Assembly (NCBI GenBank): GCA_963822585.1
Contig: CAWGIE010000011.1
Coordinates: 136,672-200,671 of the forward strand
Source: an uncultured bacterium
GTDB lineage: Bacteria; Auribacterota; Erginobacteria; Erginobacterales; Erginobacteraceae
DNA: 64,000 nucleotides
Direction: 5' to 3'
Under the pieces are notes generated by a model. That model saw only the letters and a program-made list of their open reading frames with translations. It was not told the DNA's origin and did not search any database. Both the position numbers and the translations under genes were made by a program. Positions 11,119-21,451 of this stretch are shown piece after piece; position 1 is the first letter of the stretch; the number at the start of each line of letters is the position of its first letter.

Positions 11119-11280
11119 CTCAACCGCCTCGTATGGGAACGCAGCCCTCGTTTCACTCGGGCAGCGTTCCGGAGTATTGGAGTGATGGAGTAGTGGAGTG
11201 ATGGGGACGGCCTTTCAACACTCCAGCACTTCATTACTCCTTGATTATGTTTTTCGATTCCAGATTATACAAAGTAGCAT

Positions 11281-12447
11281 TTATGCTCTCTGCCGGTAAA
11301 CCCCGATCATTTCTTCTGTCTTTCTTCGGGCCCGGCGATCCGCGGCCATGATCGCGGCGAGATCGAGGGCGGGAACAGGCTCATGTTCTCCCATCACCCC
11401 CGCCACTACCTCCATGATCCCGGTAAACGGGATCTTATTTGCCAAGAACGCCTCTCCCGCGATTTCATTGGCCGCGTTCATTACCGCCGGCAGTGTTCCG
11501 CCGACGGAACCGGCTTCCCGGGCCAGGTCCAGTGCCGGGAAGAGATCCCGGTCCGGCTCGCGGAATGTCAGCGGCTCCAGACCGGGCAGGGTTGTCTCTT
11601 GGAAAAAATGGGGCGCGCGAGCCGGATAATAGAGGGCGTAGGAGATCGGCAGGCGCATGTCCGGCCGGCTTAACTGGGCGAGAAGGGATCCGTCGGACAT
11701 CTCGACCAGGGAATGAACGATGCTCTGGGGGTGGATAACGACATCGATCCGGTCCAGGGGCAGCCCGAAGAGCCAGTGCGCCTCCAGCACCTCCAGTCCC
11801 TTGTTCATCATGGTCGCCGAGTCCAGGGTAACTTTCCGCCCCATCTTCCAGCGAGGATGTTTGAGAGCCTCCTCGGCGGTCACCTTCTCCAGTTCGGCCC
11901 GGGAAGCGTTCAGAAAAGGTCCTCCGGAGGCGGTGAGTATGATCTTCCGGATCGACTCCTTCTTCTCCCCCCTCAGGCACTGAAAAATCGCCGAATGTTC
12001 GCTGTCAACGGGAATAATCCGACTCCCGCTCTTCGCGGCCAGCGCGACGGCGAGTTCCCCCGCCGCCACCAGTATTTCCTTGGAAGCGAGGGCGATATCT
12101 TCTCCCCGCTCAATGGCTTTAAATGTCGGCAGCAGGGCGGCCGTCCCCGGTATCGCCACGACTACCAGATCCGCCTCCGCTTTGGAGACCAGATCGTGTA
12201 ACCCCTTTTCTCCTCCGAGGACCTCAACCCCCTCATTCCCCAGCCGATCCCGCAGGCGCCGCGCCTGTTGATCTCCGGTGACCGCCACCCGGAATGGCCG
12301 AAATTCCTCTATCTGACGTTCCAGAAGGTCGATATTCCCTCCCGCCGCCAGCCCGATAACCCGGAAGGTCTCGCGGTCATGACGGACCACATCGAGGGTA
12401 TTGGTGCCGATCGACCCGGTGGAACCCAGGATGACGATCTTTTTCAT
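11281..12447 (-). CDS. dxr: 1-deoxy-D-xylulose-5-phosphate reductoisomerase
   Basis: LGSTGSIG, PVDSEHSAIFQ, HPRWKMG, MNKGLE. Confidence 0.97.
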   Translation of the reverse strand: MKKIVILGSTGSIGTNTLDVVRHDRETFRVIGLAAGGNIDLLERQIEEFRPFRVAVTGDQQARRLRDRLGNEGVEVLGGEKGLHDLVSKAEADLVVVAIPGTAALLPTFKAIERGEDIALASKEILVAAGELAVALAAKSGSRIIPVDSEHSAIFQCLRGEKKESIRKIILTASGGPFLNASRAELEKVTAEEALKHPRWKMGRKVTLDSATMMNKGLEVLEAHWLFGLPLDRIDVVIHPQSIVHSLVEMSDGSLLAQLSRPDMRLPISYALYYPARAPHFFQETTLPGLEPLTFREPDRDLFPALDLAREAGSVGGTLPAVMNAANEIAGEAFLANKIPFTGIMEVVAGVMGEHEPVPALDLAAIMAADRRARRKTEEMIGVYRQRA

Positions 12448-12711
12448 ATAACTTAGCCCAGAAAAAACAAATAATCACCACGAAGAACACGAAGAACACG
12501 AAGAAAAATAGGGGGAATGGGTTCTTTTTTGTTTTATGTGGGTGATTCTAAATTATCTGGTATTCCTTCGTATCTTATTATCTGGAGATGTTAATGACTA
12601 AATCCGAATGACGAAGCCCGAATGAAAATATAAGCATTATTTCTGTCTTATAATCCCTTCGTGAGCTTCGTGTCCTTCGTGGTTAGAAGTTGCACTGAAG
12701 TCGCTGCATCA

Positions 12712-13575
12712 TCACAGTTTCAGCACCAGTTTCATATAGAGATACAGCAGGGGGGTGGTGAAGAAGAGACTATCCAGGAGATCGAGTATCCCTCCCATGC
12801 CCGGCAGCGTCCGTCCCGAGTCCTTCTGCCCGGCTGACCTCTTGAGGAGGGACTCCGCCAGATCCCCCATCACCGCCGCTATCCCCAGGAACAGACCCAG
12901 GGTGAACGCCGCCGGCCAGTTAAGGCGATCAAGAGAGAAGATGAACTTTCCCGCCACCCCGCTCAAGCCCCCGGCCAAAACACCTCCGATCGCTCCCTCG
13001 ACGGTCTTGCCGGGGCTGATGCGGGGGATAAGCTTATGACGGCCCCATTGCGATCCGATGTAATAGGCCGCGCTGTCGTTAACCTTGACGACCAGAAAGA
13101 GAAAGAAGACGTAGAACCGGCCGTCCCCGGCCCCGGTCGGGGCGCAATGGAAATAATAGTCAATCCGGGGAAGAAAAGAAAAGAGCCAGGCCACATAGAT
13201 AATCCCGGTCAGGGTGGTGCTGATCTTGCTGACGGCATCACCGCCTTCCCGGCGGGTGGCCTGAAAGACAAACAAACCCGCGACAATGACGAAAAGGACG
13301 GCGTCCCCCCAGATGCTTCCCACGAAAACGGCGAGATGGGGAGGCAGAGCATTATGCCCGACGGAGGCGATAAAAACCGAGGAAAAAAGACAGAGCCCCC
13401 CCAGAATGCCCGCTCCTCTGATCCCATGGGTCATCCGCAAAAATTCACGCAACCCCAGGCCGACAAAGAGGTTGCCGACCAGGAAAAAAAGGATCGGGGC
13501 CTTGAAGCTGAAGTAAATGACGCTGATCAAAATCAGGATCAGCGGAATCGCGGTTATCACTCTCGTTTTAGACAT
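12712..13575 (-). CDS. cdsA: Phosphatidate cytidylyltransferase
   Basis: ISPGKTVEG, GDLAESLLKR..KDSG..PGMGGILD. Confidence 0.95.
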   Translation of the reverse strand: MSKTRVITAIPLILILISVIYFSFKAPILFFLVGNLFVGLGLREFLRMTHGIRGAGILGGLCLFSSVFIASVGHNALPPHLAVFVGSIWGDAVLFVIVAGLFVFQATRREGGDAVSKISTTLTGIIYVAWLFSFLPRIDYYFHCAPTGAGDGRFYVFFLFLVVKVNDSAAYYIGSQWGRHKLIPRISPGKTVEGAIGGVLAGGLSGVAGKFIFSLDRLNWPAAFTLGLFLGIAAVMGDLAESLLKRSAGQKDSGRTLPGMGGILDLLDSLFFTTPLLYLYMKLVLKL

Positions 13576-13797
13576 GAGAATTTATACATTTGCACCTTCG
13601 ACGCAAATGTAGTGGATCCACTTCGTCGGATCTGCTGGTTAAACTAAAATCATTCCATCGTGGCGATGATGTAACAAAGCCTTTCAAACCTCAGCCCACA
13701 CTCGATTCCCGGGACATGATGCTGATGAAGTTTTTATTTCTTTTATTGTCGTCTGTGTTTAAAACTATCCCGATTTATGAAATAAAGCGGGACACTC

Positions 13798-14529
13798 TTA
13801 TTTTTCCGAAGGAAAAATAAGACCGCCGAAGCGGCGTTCTCTTTTCCGGTAGTCCCCGATCGCTTCCAGAAGGTTTTCCCGGTTAAAATCGGGCCAGCAA
13901 ACGGGCGTCACCCAGAGTTCGGTATAGGAGATCTCCCAGAGCAGGAAATTGCTTATCCTCATCTCGCCGCTGGTCCGGATCAGCAGATCGGGGTCGGGGA
14001 GATCGCCGTCATAGAGATACCGGGAGAAAAAAGCTTCATCGATCTTTTCCGGGTCGATCTCCCCCGCCAGGGCCGCCCGCACGATTTTTTTCACCCCGTC
14101 GACGATCTCGGTCCGTCCGCCGTAGTTGAGGGCCAGGGTCAAGGTCAGACCGGTATTCCGGGCGGTGGCGTAGATCGTCCGGGACAGTACCTTTTGAACC
14201 CCGGAGGGGAATTCCCCGATACGTCCGATGGCCCGGAGGCGGACATTGTTCTTCTGCATCACGGGCAGCTCGCTTTTCAGGTACTCTTTCAGGTAACGCA
14301 TCAAGCCCTGGATCTCCCGCCGGGGGCGACGCCAGTTCTCGACCGAAAAAGCGTAAAGGGTCAGATAGCGCAGTCCCATCTCCGCGGCGGCGGTGGTGAT
14401 TCTCCGTACCGCTTCGGCGCCGGCGCGATGACCTTCCAGACGGGAAAGCCCGCGTTTCTCCGCCCAGCGGCCATTCCCGTCCATAATAATGGCGATATGC
14501 CGGGGGTATTCTCTGGTCGGGGCATTCAT
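13798..14529 (-). CDS. uppS: Undecaprenyl diphosphate synthase
   Basis: HIAIIMDGNGRWA, YAFSVENW, RTSGEMRISNFLLW. Confidence 0.97.
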   Translation of the reverse strand: MNAPTREYPRHIAIIMDGNGRWAEKRGLSRLEGHRAGAEAVRRITTAAAEMGLRYLTLYAFSVENWRRPRREIQGLMRYLKEYLKSELPVMQKNNVRLRAIGRIGEFPSGVQKVLSRTIYATARNTGLTLTLALNYGGRTEIVDGVKKIVRAALAGEIDPEKIDEAFFSRYLYDGDLPDPDLLIRTSGEMRISNFLLWEISYTELWVTPVCWPDFNRENLLEAIGDYRKRERRFGGLIFPSEK

Positions 14530-14550
14530 CTTGGGGCTCCGGAAATTTTT

Positions 14551-15804
<1,254 letters not shown>

Positions 15805-15808
15805 CGGA

Positions 15809-16414
15809 TTATTTATCCTTTTTCTTGCTGATCACCGCGTCCACGACCCCGTAGGCGACCGCCTCCTCCGCGGACATGTAGAAATCGCGGTCTGCGTCTT
15901 TCTCGACCCGCTCAAAGGTCTGCCCGGTATGGAGAGCCAGCAGTTCGTTCAGCTTCTTGCGCAGGCGGAGGATCTCTTTGGCCTGAATGCTGATATCAAC
16001 AGCGGCGCCCTGGGTTCCCCCCCAGGGCTGATGGATCATTATCCGGGCGTGGGGCAGCGCGAATCTTTTCTTCTTGCTCCCGGCCGCCAGGAGCAACGCG
16101 CCCATGCTGCTGGCCTGTCCGACGCAATAGGTGGTGACATCGCACCGGACAAACTGCATGGTGTCATAAATCGCCAGCCCCGCGGTCACCGCTCCGCCCG
16201 GGGTATTGATATAAAGATTGATGTCCTTCTCCGAATCTTCCATCTGCAAATAGAGCAACTGGGCAACGACCAGATTGGCGATCGAGTCGTCAACGGGCGT
16301 CCCCAGAAAAATGATCCGGTCTTTTAAAAGGCGTGAATAAATATCATAGGCTCGTTCCATCCGGCCGGTCTGTTCGACGACCATGGGAATGAGCTGGGAA
16401 TGCGGTTCCTTCAT
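15809..16414 (-). CDS. clpP: Clp protease proteolytic subunit
   Basis: [28 protein letters not shown]. Confidence 0.97.
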   Translation of the reverse strand: MKEPHSQLIPMVVEQTGRMERAYDIYSRLLKDRIIFLGTPVDDSIANLVVAQLLYLQMEDSEKDINLYINTPGGAVTAGLAIYDTMQFVRCDVTTYCVGQASSMGALLLAAGSKKKRFALPHARIMIHQPWGGTQGAAVDISIQAKEILRLRKKLNELLALHTGQTFERVEKDADRDFYMSAEEAVAYGVVDAVISKKKDK

Positions 16415-16425
16415 GGGGTGTCTCC

Positions 16426-17682
16426 TTACTTGATTTTCGCCTCTTTGATGATGAAATCCGTCGCCAGGCGACGGAGCAGTCTATCCCTGACGACCCCGAG
16501 CCGGCCGCTCTCCTCCAGTTCCCTCCGGTACTCCACCGGAGAAACCCCCTTCTGGCGAGCCAGCAGGGCCACCTCCTCCCCGAGGAGGCGGGCATCGACT
16601 TCAAGATTTTCCGCCCGGGCGATCGCCGATAAAATAAAAATAAGCCGAAGATCCGCCTCCGCCCTCTGGCGGGCGATCTCGGCAATCTTTTCTTCCGGGA
16701 CTTTTTCTCTTCCGGCCGAAAGGGCGCGATCGGCCTGTTCTTTCACTTCTTTTCGGTACTCTTCGATAAGAGAATCCAGGGTAGCCGGCGGCAGGGGAAA
16801 GGTGTGTTTTTTCAGGAGATACTCGATGGCCTGCTCTTCCAACGATCTTTTTTGCTCCAGTTCCTTCCTCTGCCTGATGTCTTCACGGATCTGTCCGCGC
16901 AGCTCTTCCAAACCGCTGAATTGACCCCAGGTGCGGGCCCATTCATCGCTGGCTTCGGGGAGATTCCTTTTCTTGATCTCCCGGAGGCGAATCTCGACCT
17001 CAAGCGGGGCCGCGTCGGCATTCTGATCGCCGGCCGGGGGTATCGTGACCGATCTGCTCTCGCCGGCCGGCATCCCGGCCAGCTGAGACCCGATCCCCTC
17101 GTGATCGGGAGAGGTGATCTCGACCAGGGTCCCTTCAACCCAATTCTCATCGGCATGGCCGGACGGACGGTAGTCTACCAGCGCCCAGTCCCCTTCCCGG
17201 AGAGGACGCCCGTTAATTGTTTCAAAGGTCGCGGACCGTTCCCGCAACCCTTCCAGGGTTCGATCCACTTCCGTGTCCTCGACCCGGCAATCGGTACCGG
17301 TGAGGCGGATCCCCCGGTAATTCTTCAGCTCCACCATCGGCCGGACATCGACGGCGACCTTGAAGCGCAGGGGGCCTGCCTCGGGCCAGTCGATCTCGCT
17401 GAAATCCGGGTCACCGAAAACCTCGATCTCCTGCTCCCGGACCGCGTCCAGATACCCCCGGCGGACCCGGTTGCCGACCGTTTCAGAACGGGCTTCATCC
17501 CGGAAATATTTTTCCAGGATCTTCCGGGGGGCCTTGCCGGGACGAAATCCGGGAATCCGGCGCCCCCGGGAAAGCCGGGCGTACACGGACCCCATCTCCT
17601 CCTCCATCGCTTCGAGGGGAATCTCGATCGTCAGTTCCCGCCGGCAGGGATGGAGGTCCCGTATATCGACTTTAGTCATCAT
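16426..17682 (-). CDS. tig: Trigger factor
   Basis: [10 protein letters not shown] ribosome-binding motif; precedes clpP. Confidence 0.93.
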   Translation of the reverse strand: MMTKVDIRDLHPCRRELTIEIPLEAMEEEMGSVYARLSRGRRIPGFRPGKAPRKILEKYFRDEARSETVGNRVRRGYLDAVREQEIEVFGDPDFSEIDWPEAGPLRFKVAVDVRPMVELKNYRGIRLTGTDCRVEDTEVDRTLEGLRERSATFETINGRPLREGDWALVDYRPSGHADENWVEGTLVEITSPDHEGIGSQLAGMPAGESRSVTIPPAGDQNADAAPLEVEIRLREIKKRNLPEASDEWARTWGQFSGLEELRGQIREDIRQRKELEQKRSLEEQAIEYLLKKHTFPLPPATLDSLIEEYRKEVKEQADRALSAGREKVPEEKIAEIARQRAEADLRLIFILSAIARAENLEVDARLLGEEVALLARQKGVSPVEYRRELEESGRLGVVRDRLLRRLATDFIIKEAKIK

Positions 17683-17797
17683 TATATCTCCATAACAGAA
17701 AAATAGTTGATACGGCAGCCTGCCGCCGGGCTTTCCGGGGAAGAGTGCATTTCCCGGCGCCGGCTTGCACGGTGAAGCCGCATCAACCGGAATAAAG

Positions 17798-17869
17798 AGC
17801 GGGAGACGGGATTTGAACCCGCGACAACCACGTTGGCAACGTGGGGCTCTACCACTGAGCTACTCCCGC
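17798..17869 (-). tRNA. tRNA-Gly(GCC), CCA not encoded
   Basis: GCGGGAGTAGCTCAGTGGTAGAGC..CGTTGCCAACG..GGTTCAAATCCC..CCCGCT folds as a cloverleaf. Confidence 0.95.
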
Positions 17870-18073
17870 TTATTATTTTTCTGCCGCCTCCGGCAACAGA
17901 AAAATAATAATTGAGTCAGTTTTTCAGAATAAAAACCGAACCGCCATACTCCTGGTTCGACTCTCGCGCATTGTATACAACGACTACGTCTCTAATCAAC
18001 TCTAAAAACAATACTCTAAATACCGGTCTTGGCACCAGTATTTACAGATAAAATTTTCCGTAGGAAAATTTTA

Positions 18074-18211
18074 TGGGCGAAGGGAGACTCGAACTCCCAC
18101 CCCTTTCGGGACTGGATCTCAACCCGAAGGGTTGACCCCGCGATCGAGTTCAAAATGAACTCGATTTTGCGGGGCTAAATCCAGGCCCGATTTCATCGGG
18201 CCGAGGCGCCC
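18074..18211 (-). pseudogene. Interrupted copy of the tRNA-Leu 3' portion with hairpin insertions
   Basis: 18074-18118 matches the intact tRNA 3' end (one substitution). A 56-nt insertion at 18119-18174 follows the anticodon; the anticodon-stem match resumes at 18175-18184. Confidence 0.8.
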
Positions 18212-18237
18212 TGCTCCGTTATCGGTTGAACTTTAAA

Positions 18238-18319
18238 TGGGCGAAGGGAGACTCGAACTCCCATCCCTTTCGGGACTGGATCCTAAATCCAGCGCGTATG
18301 CCAATTCCGCCATTCGCCC
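18238..18319 (-). tRNA. tRNA-Leu(TAG), CCA not encoded
   Basis: GGGCGAATGGCGGAATTGGCATACGCGCTGGATTTAGGATCCAGTCCCGAAAGGGATGGGAGTTCGAGTCTCCCTTCGCCCA, with a long variable arm. Confidence 0.95.
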
Positions 18320-18415
18320 TTATAAAGTTCAACCGATAACGGGGCATGCCAATTCCGCCATTCGCCCCTGTAAAGTTAAACCGGTAACGGGGTATGCCAA
18401 TTCCGCCATTCGCCC
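18320..18415 (-). repeat. Two 48-bp units, each carrying the 5' 22-24 nt of tRNA-Leu
   Basis: ATGCCAATTCCGCCATTCGCCC at 18298, 18346 and 18394 with related spacers. Confidence 0.9.
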
Positions 18416-18557
18416 ATTTATTAAGTAACGCCTTTGGCGCTACTTATTAGTGTCCTCCGACCGATTCATTACGAAAAATATTCACTAAATTAGCGGCGAA
18501 GCCGCTAATTTATGATACAGTATCCCTTTTTTCGTCATAACTCAAGGAGCGAAACCC

Positions 18558-19427
18558 ATGAAAAAATTGCCCGGGATCACCACACTGATCACTGACGCCG
18601 ACAACACGATTTACAACTGGGTCGAGTACATCGTGCCCTGCCTGGAAGCGATGGTGAATTATCTCCAACGACAGACCGGCATCCACCAGGACCGGATCGT
18701 GGAATCGATTAAAAAGATCTTCGAGAAACACCGTACCAATGAATACCCTTTCGTCCTGCAGGAAGCCGACGTCTTCCAGGACCTCCGGGGCGACTTTGCC
18801 CGTTTCCAGAAAGAGCTGATTACCCCGACCCGGCACATCTTCAGCCAGACCCGCAAGGAAACCCTCAAGCTCTACCCCGGTGTCGCCCGGACCATGTGGA
18901 AACTCATCAACAACGGCATCCGGATCATCGTCCTCAGCGACGCGCCGGCTTTCTCCGCCGAACAACGGCTGGAACTCCTCGATGTTTCACAGTATATCTG
19001 GGCTCTCTACGCGCTCCGGACCTACCCCCTCCCGGAAGGACCATTGCTGGACAAACTGATCATCAACCGGATCAAGACCGGGTTCTACTGTTCCCGGGTG
19101 GGGAAAGTAGTCCAGCTGCCCCTGGAGCATGAGAAGCCAAGCATTGCCGGGCTCCGCCTCATCTTGGAGGATGAAGGGATTAGACCCGACCAGGCGATCC
19201 TGGTGGGGGACAACTGCAAGAAGGACATCCGGATCGCCCAGGAGGTGGGGATCCCCGATGTCTGGGCCCGCTACGGCACGGTTATATCTCCTGAAGCCCG
19301 GGCCAAATTAAACTATTATTCGGCGGCATCGATCCAGAAGAGGAACGTATCCCAGGAAGGAGAAACCTCCTATCGGCCCACCTATACGATCGATCGCTTC
19401 GAGGATATCCTCCCGCTCCTGGCATAG
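18558..19427 (+). CDS. HAD-superfamily hydrolase
   Basis: ITDADNT motif I, EKP, LVGDN..KDI; AAGGAG RBS. Confidence 0.88.
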   Translation: MKKLPGITTLITDADNTIYNWVEYIVPCLEAMVNYLQRQTGIHQDRIVESIKKIFEKHRTNEYPFVLQEADVFQDLRGDFARFQKELITPTRHIFSQTRKETLKLYPGVARTMWKLINNGIRIIVLSDAPAFSAEQRLELLDVSQYIWALYALRTYPLPEGPLLDKLIINRIKTGFYCSRVGKVVQLPLEHEKPSIAGLRLILEDEGIRPDQAILVGDNCKKDIRIAQEVGIPDVWARYGTVISPEARAKLNYYSAASIQKRNVSQEGETSYRPTYTIDRFEDILPLLA

Positions 19428-19979
19428 CGATCAATCATCATCGGGTCTTGAATCGGGGGCTTGGATAGGCAACAGCTTCCCGTTATCGCTACCACCCGAG
19501 TCTTCATTATAAATACCGTTAAAAATACAAAAACTCGGCTAAAAACTATAGAATTCCGTGTCCGGGCCCGGTAAAAGATGTTATCGTTGGGGAAAATGGT
19601 AGGTTATGATGTATTGCGTATGTTTTCATAGTCAGCCTCCTGATTTACTTTAGTTAACAAATTGTAGCATATTGGAGCACTTTTTCTATATTTTATCCCC
19701 CCTCTTATGACATTATTTGTAGACTGTTGGTTTTCGCCATTCAGATTTTTGAGTAAGGTTTAGCTACTATTTGCCAAATTTATTATTATTTAGTGTACGA
19801 CTCTGATTCCGCCATAAATTTTCCGGCGTTACTTGCCGATTCCGAATTGAATATTAAAGATCGAGTATCATCTTCATGCCAGATTATTAAATTCTAATAT
19901 GGCATTAAAACGAAGATCTTAACGAAGGAGTCCGGCTTTGAAACATTGCATAGATAATGATTCCCCATCCTCGATACAA

Positions 19980-21434
19980 ATGAAAAAAGAGAATACCGTA
20001 GCCAGTATACTTCCTTTATTGTTACTTTTCATTCTTTTGGCAGCAATGTTTATCAATTTCTCCCATTACGCGATATCGATGCTCCTTTATCCATTCGAAT
20101 GGGATTCTTTTGAGGGATATCATGTTTATCAATCCTGGCGAGTGGCCTTGGGAGAACCGTTATATAAAAACATTAATACTTATCCACTTCTTGTTTCTAA
20201 TTACCCTCCAGTTTATTTTATTCTTGGAGGGGGACTTCTCAAAGTTTTCGGTTTGGCATTCTGGCCGTTGAGGCTGCTTTCATTGCTTGCAGCCTTAACT
20301 ATAGGCTTGATGATATTCCTTATCATCAAGACTGAAAATAGTTCGACTTATTGGGCTCTTATTGGGGCTTTACTTTTTTTCGCCAGCCCTCTTTATGTCT
20401 CTTACTATCTTCTCATGGTTCGTATAGATGGGCTTGCTCTTGCATTTTCTTTAATCGGACTTTTTTTCATCCGCCGGGGTCTTGAATCAAATAAAGCACT
20501 GGCCATAGCGGGATTCTGCTTTTTACTCGCTGTTTACACTAAACAAACAGCCGTCCTGGCCGCAATCGCGGGATGGTTGTGGCTCTTAGTCAACAATTCG
20601 AAACGAGCTCTGATATTGGCACTCGGCATGGTGTGTGGCGGAGCAATAGTATTTGTCCTAATTGATAGCAACAGTGGCGGTGAGTTTTCCCGGCAATTAT
20701 TTTTCCTAAATGTGGGATGGGCAACATTAGATCAAGGGGGAAGACTATTCATTGGTTTTCTCAATAACTGGGGAGTTTTCTTTTCTGTCGCAATAGCAGC
20801 CATTTTTTCCGCTAGACATAAGCAATGCATCTGGAATTACTTTTTTATCTTGAGCCTTTTCAACGGTATATTTGCAATTAGGCACGGGGCAGTGTCCGCT
20901 TATTACTTGCCTATCATTGCGGCGATAGCGATTATCTGCGGCATCTATGCTCCTCGCCTTGATCGATTACTCACCATTGCTACCGGCGAAGATTCTCGTC
21001 GAGGGCGTTGGGGATTGTGCCTCGCAGCAATCATTGGACTTACCGCTGCCAATTCCTGGCAATATATACGACCCACTAGAGATGATGCCGATATAGTTAA
21101 AGATTACTGGTCAAGAATCTCGTGTCATTATGGGGATATCTTAACCTTCCAGATGTATAGTCTGGCTTTTCTCAATGGTCGAGAGGTTTTTATGTTCCCA
21201 ACATCTCTGGAAAGTACTACCGATTTTAAGGGATTAGCACTATCCCCATTTTTTAGTGACCTCGAACAAGGGAAATTCAAGATCATTCTCGATTCTCAAC
21301 AGCATAGTGCTTTTGGTCCTGGAATAAAGAAATTTTTAAACCGCTATTACGAACCAGGGCCGGTATTTAACTTACCTATGCATCGGCCAGGGGGAACAGA
21401 CGAATTTATTATTTGGAGTCTTCGAAACAAATAA
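19980..21434 (+). CDS. AT-rich GT-C (ArnT-like) membrane glycosyltransferase; start uncertain
   Basis: YPFEWDSFEG, NYPPVY, RIDGLAL, YTKQT; many TM segments. Confidence 0.75.
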   Translation: MKKENTVASILPLLLLFILLAAMFINFSHYAISMLLYPFEWDSFEGYHVYQSWRVALGEPLYKNINTYPLLVSNYPPVYFILGGGLLKVFGLAFWPLRLLSLLAALTIGLMIFLIIKTENSSTYWALIGALLFFASPLYVSYYLLMVRIDGLALAFSLIGLFFIRRGLESNKALAIAGFCFLLAVYTKQTAVLAAIAGWLWLLVNNSKRALILALGMVCGGAIVFVLIDSNSGGEFSRQLFFLNVGWATLDQGGRLFIGFLNNWGVFFSVAIAAIFSARHKQCIWNYFFILSLFNGIFAIRHGAVSAYYLPIIAAIAIICGIYAPRLDRLLTIATGEDSRRGRWGLCLAAIIGLTAANSWQYIRPTRDDADIVKDYWSRISCHYGDILTFQMYSLAFLNGREVFMFPTSLESTTDFKGLALSPFFSDLEQGKFKIILDSQQHSAFGPGIKKFLNRYYEPGPVFNLPMHRPGGTDEFIIWSLRNK

Positions 21435-21451
21435 GACTTTGACTATTACTC

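Noticed and set aside
18119..18174. Group I intron in the tRNA-Leu anticodon loop
   Set aside because: Only 56 nt made of two simple hairpins, far too short for a ribozyme core.
18298..18415. CRISPR-like repeat-spacer pattern
   Set aside because: The repeats are tRNA 5' fragments, the spacers are near-identical to each other, and no cas genes are present.
19546..19629. 27-aa minus-strand ORF with an AGGAGG RBS
   Set aside because: Good RBS but no recognisable protein features; insufficient support.
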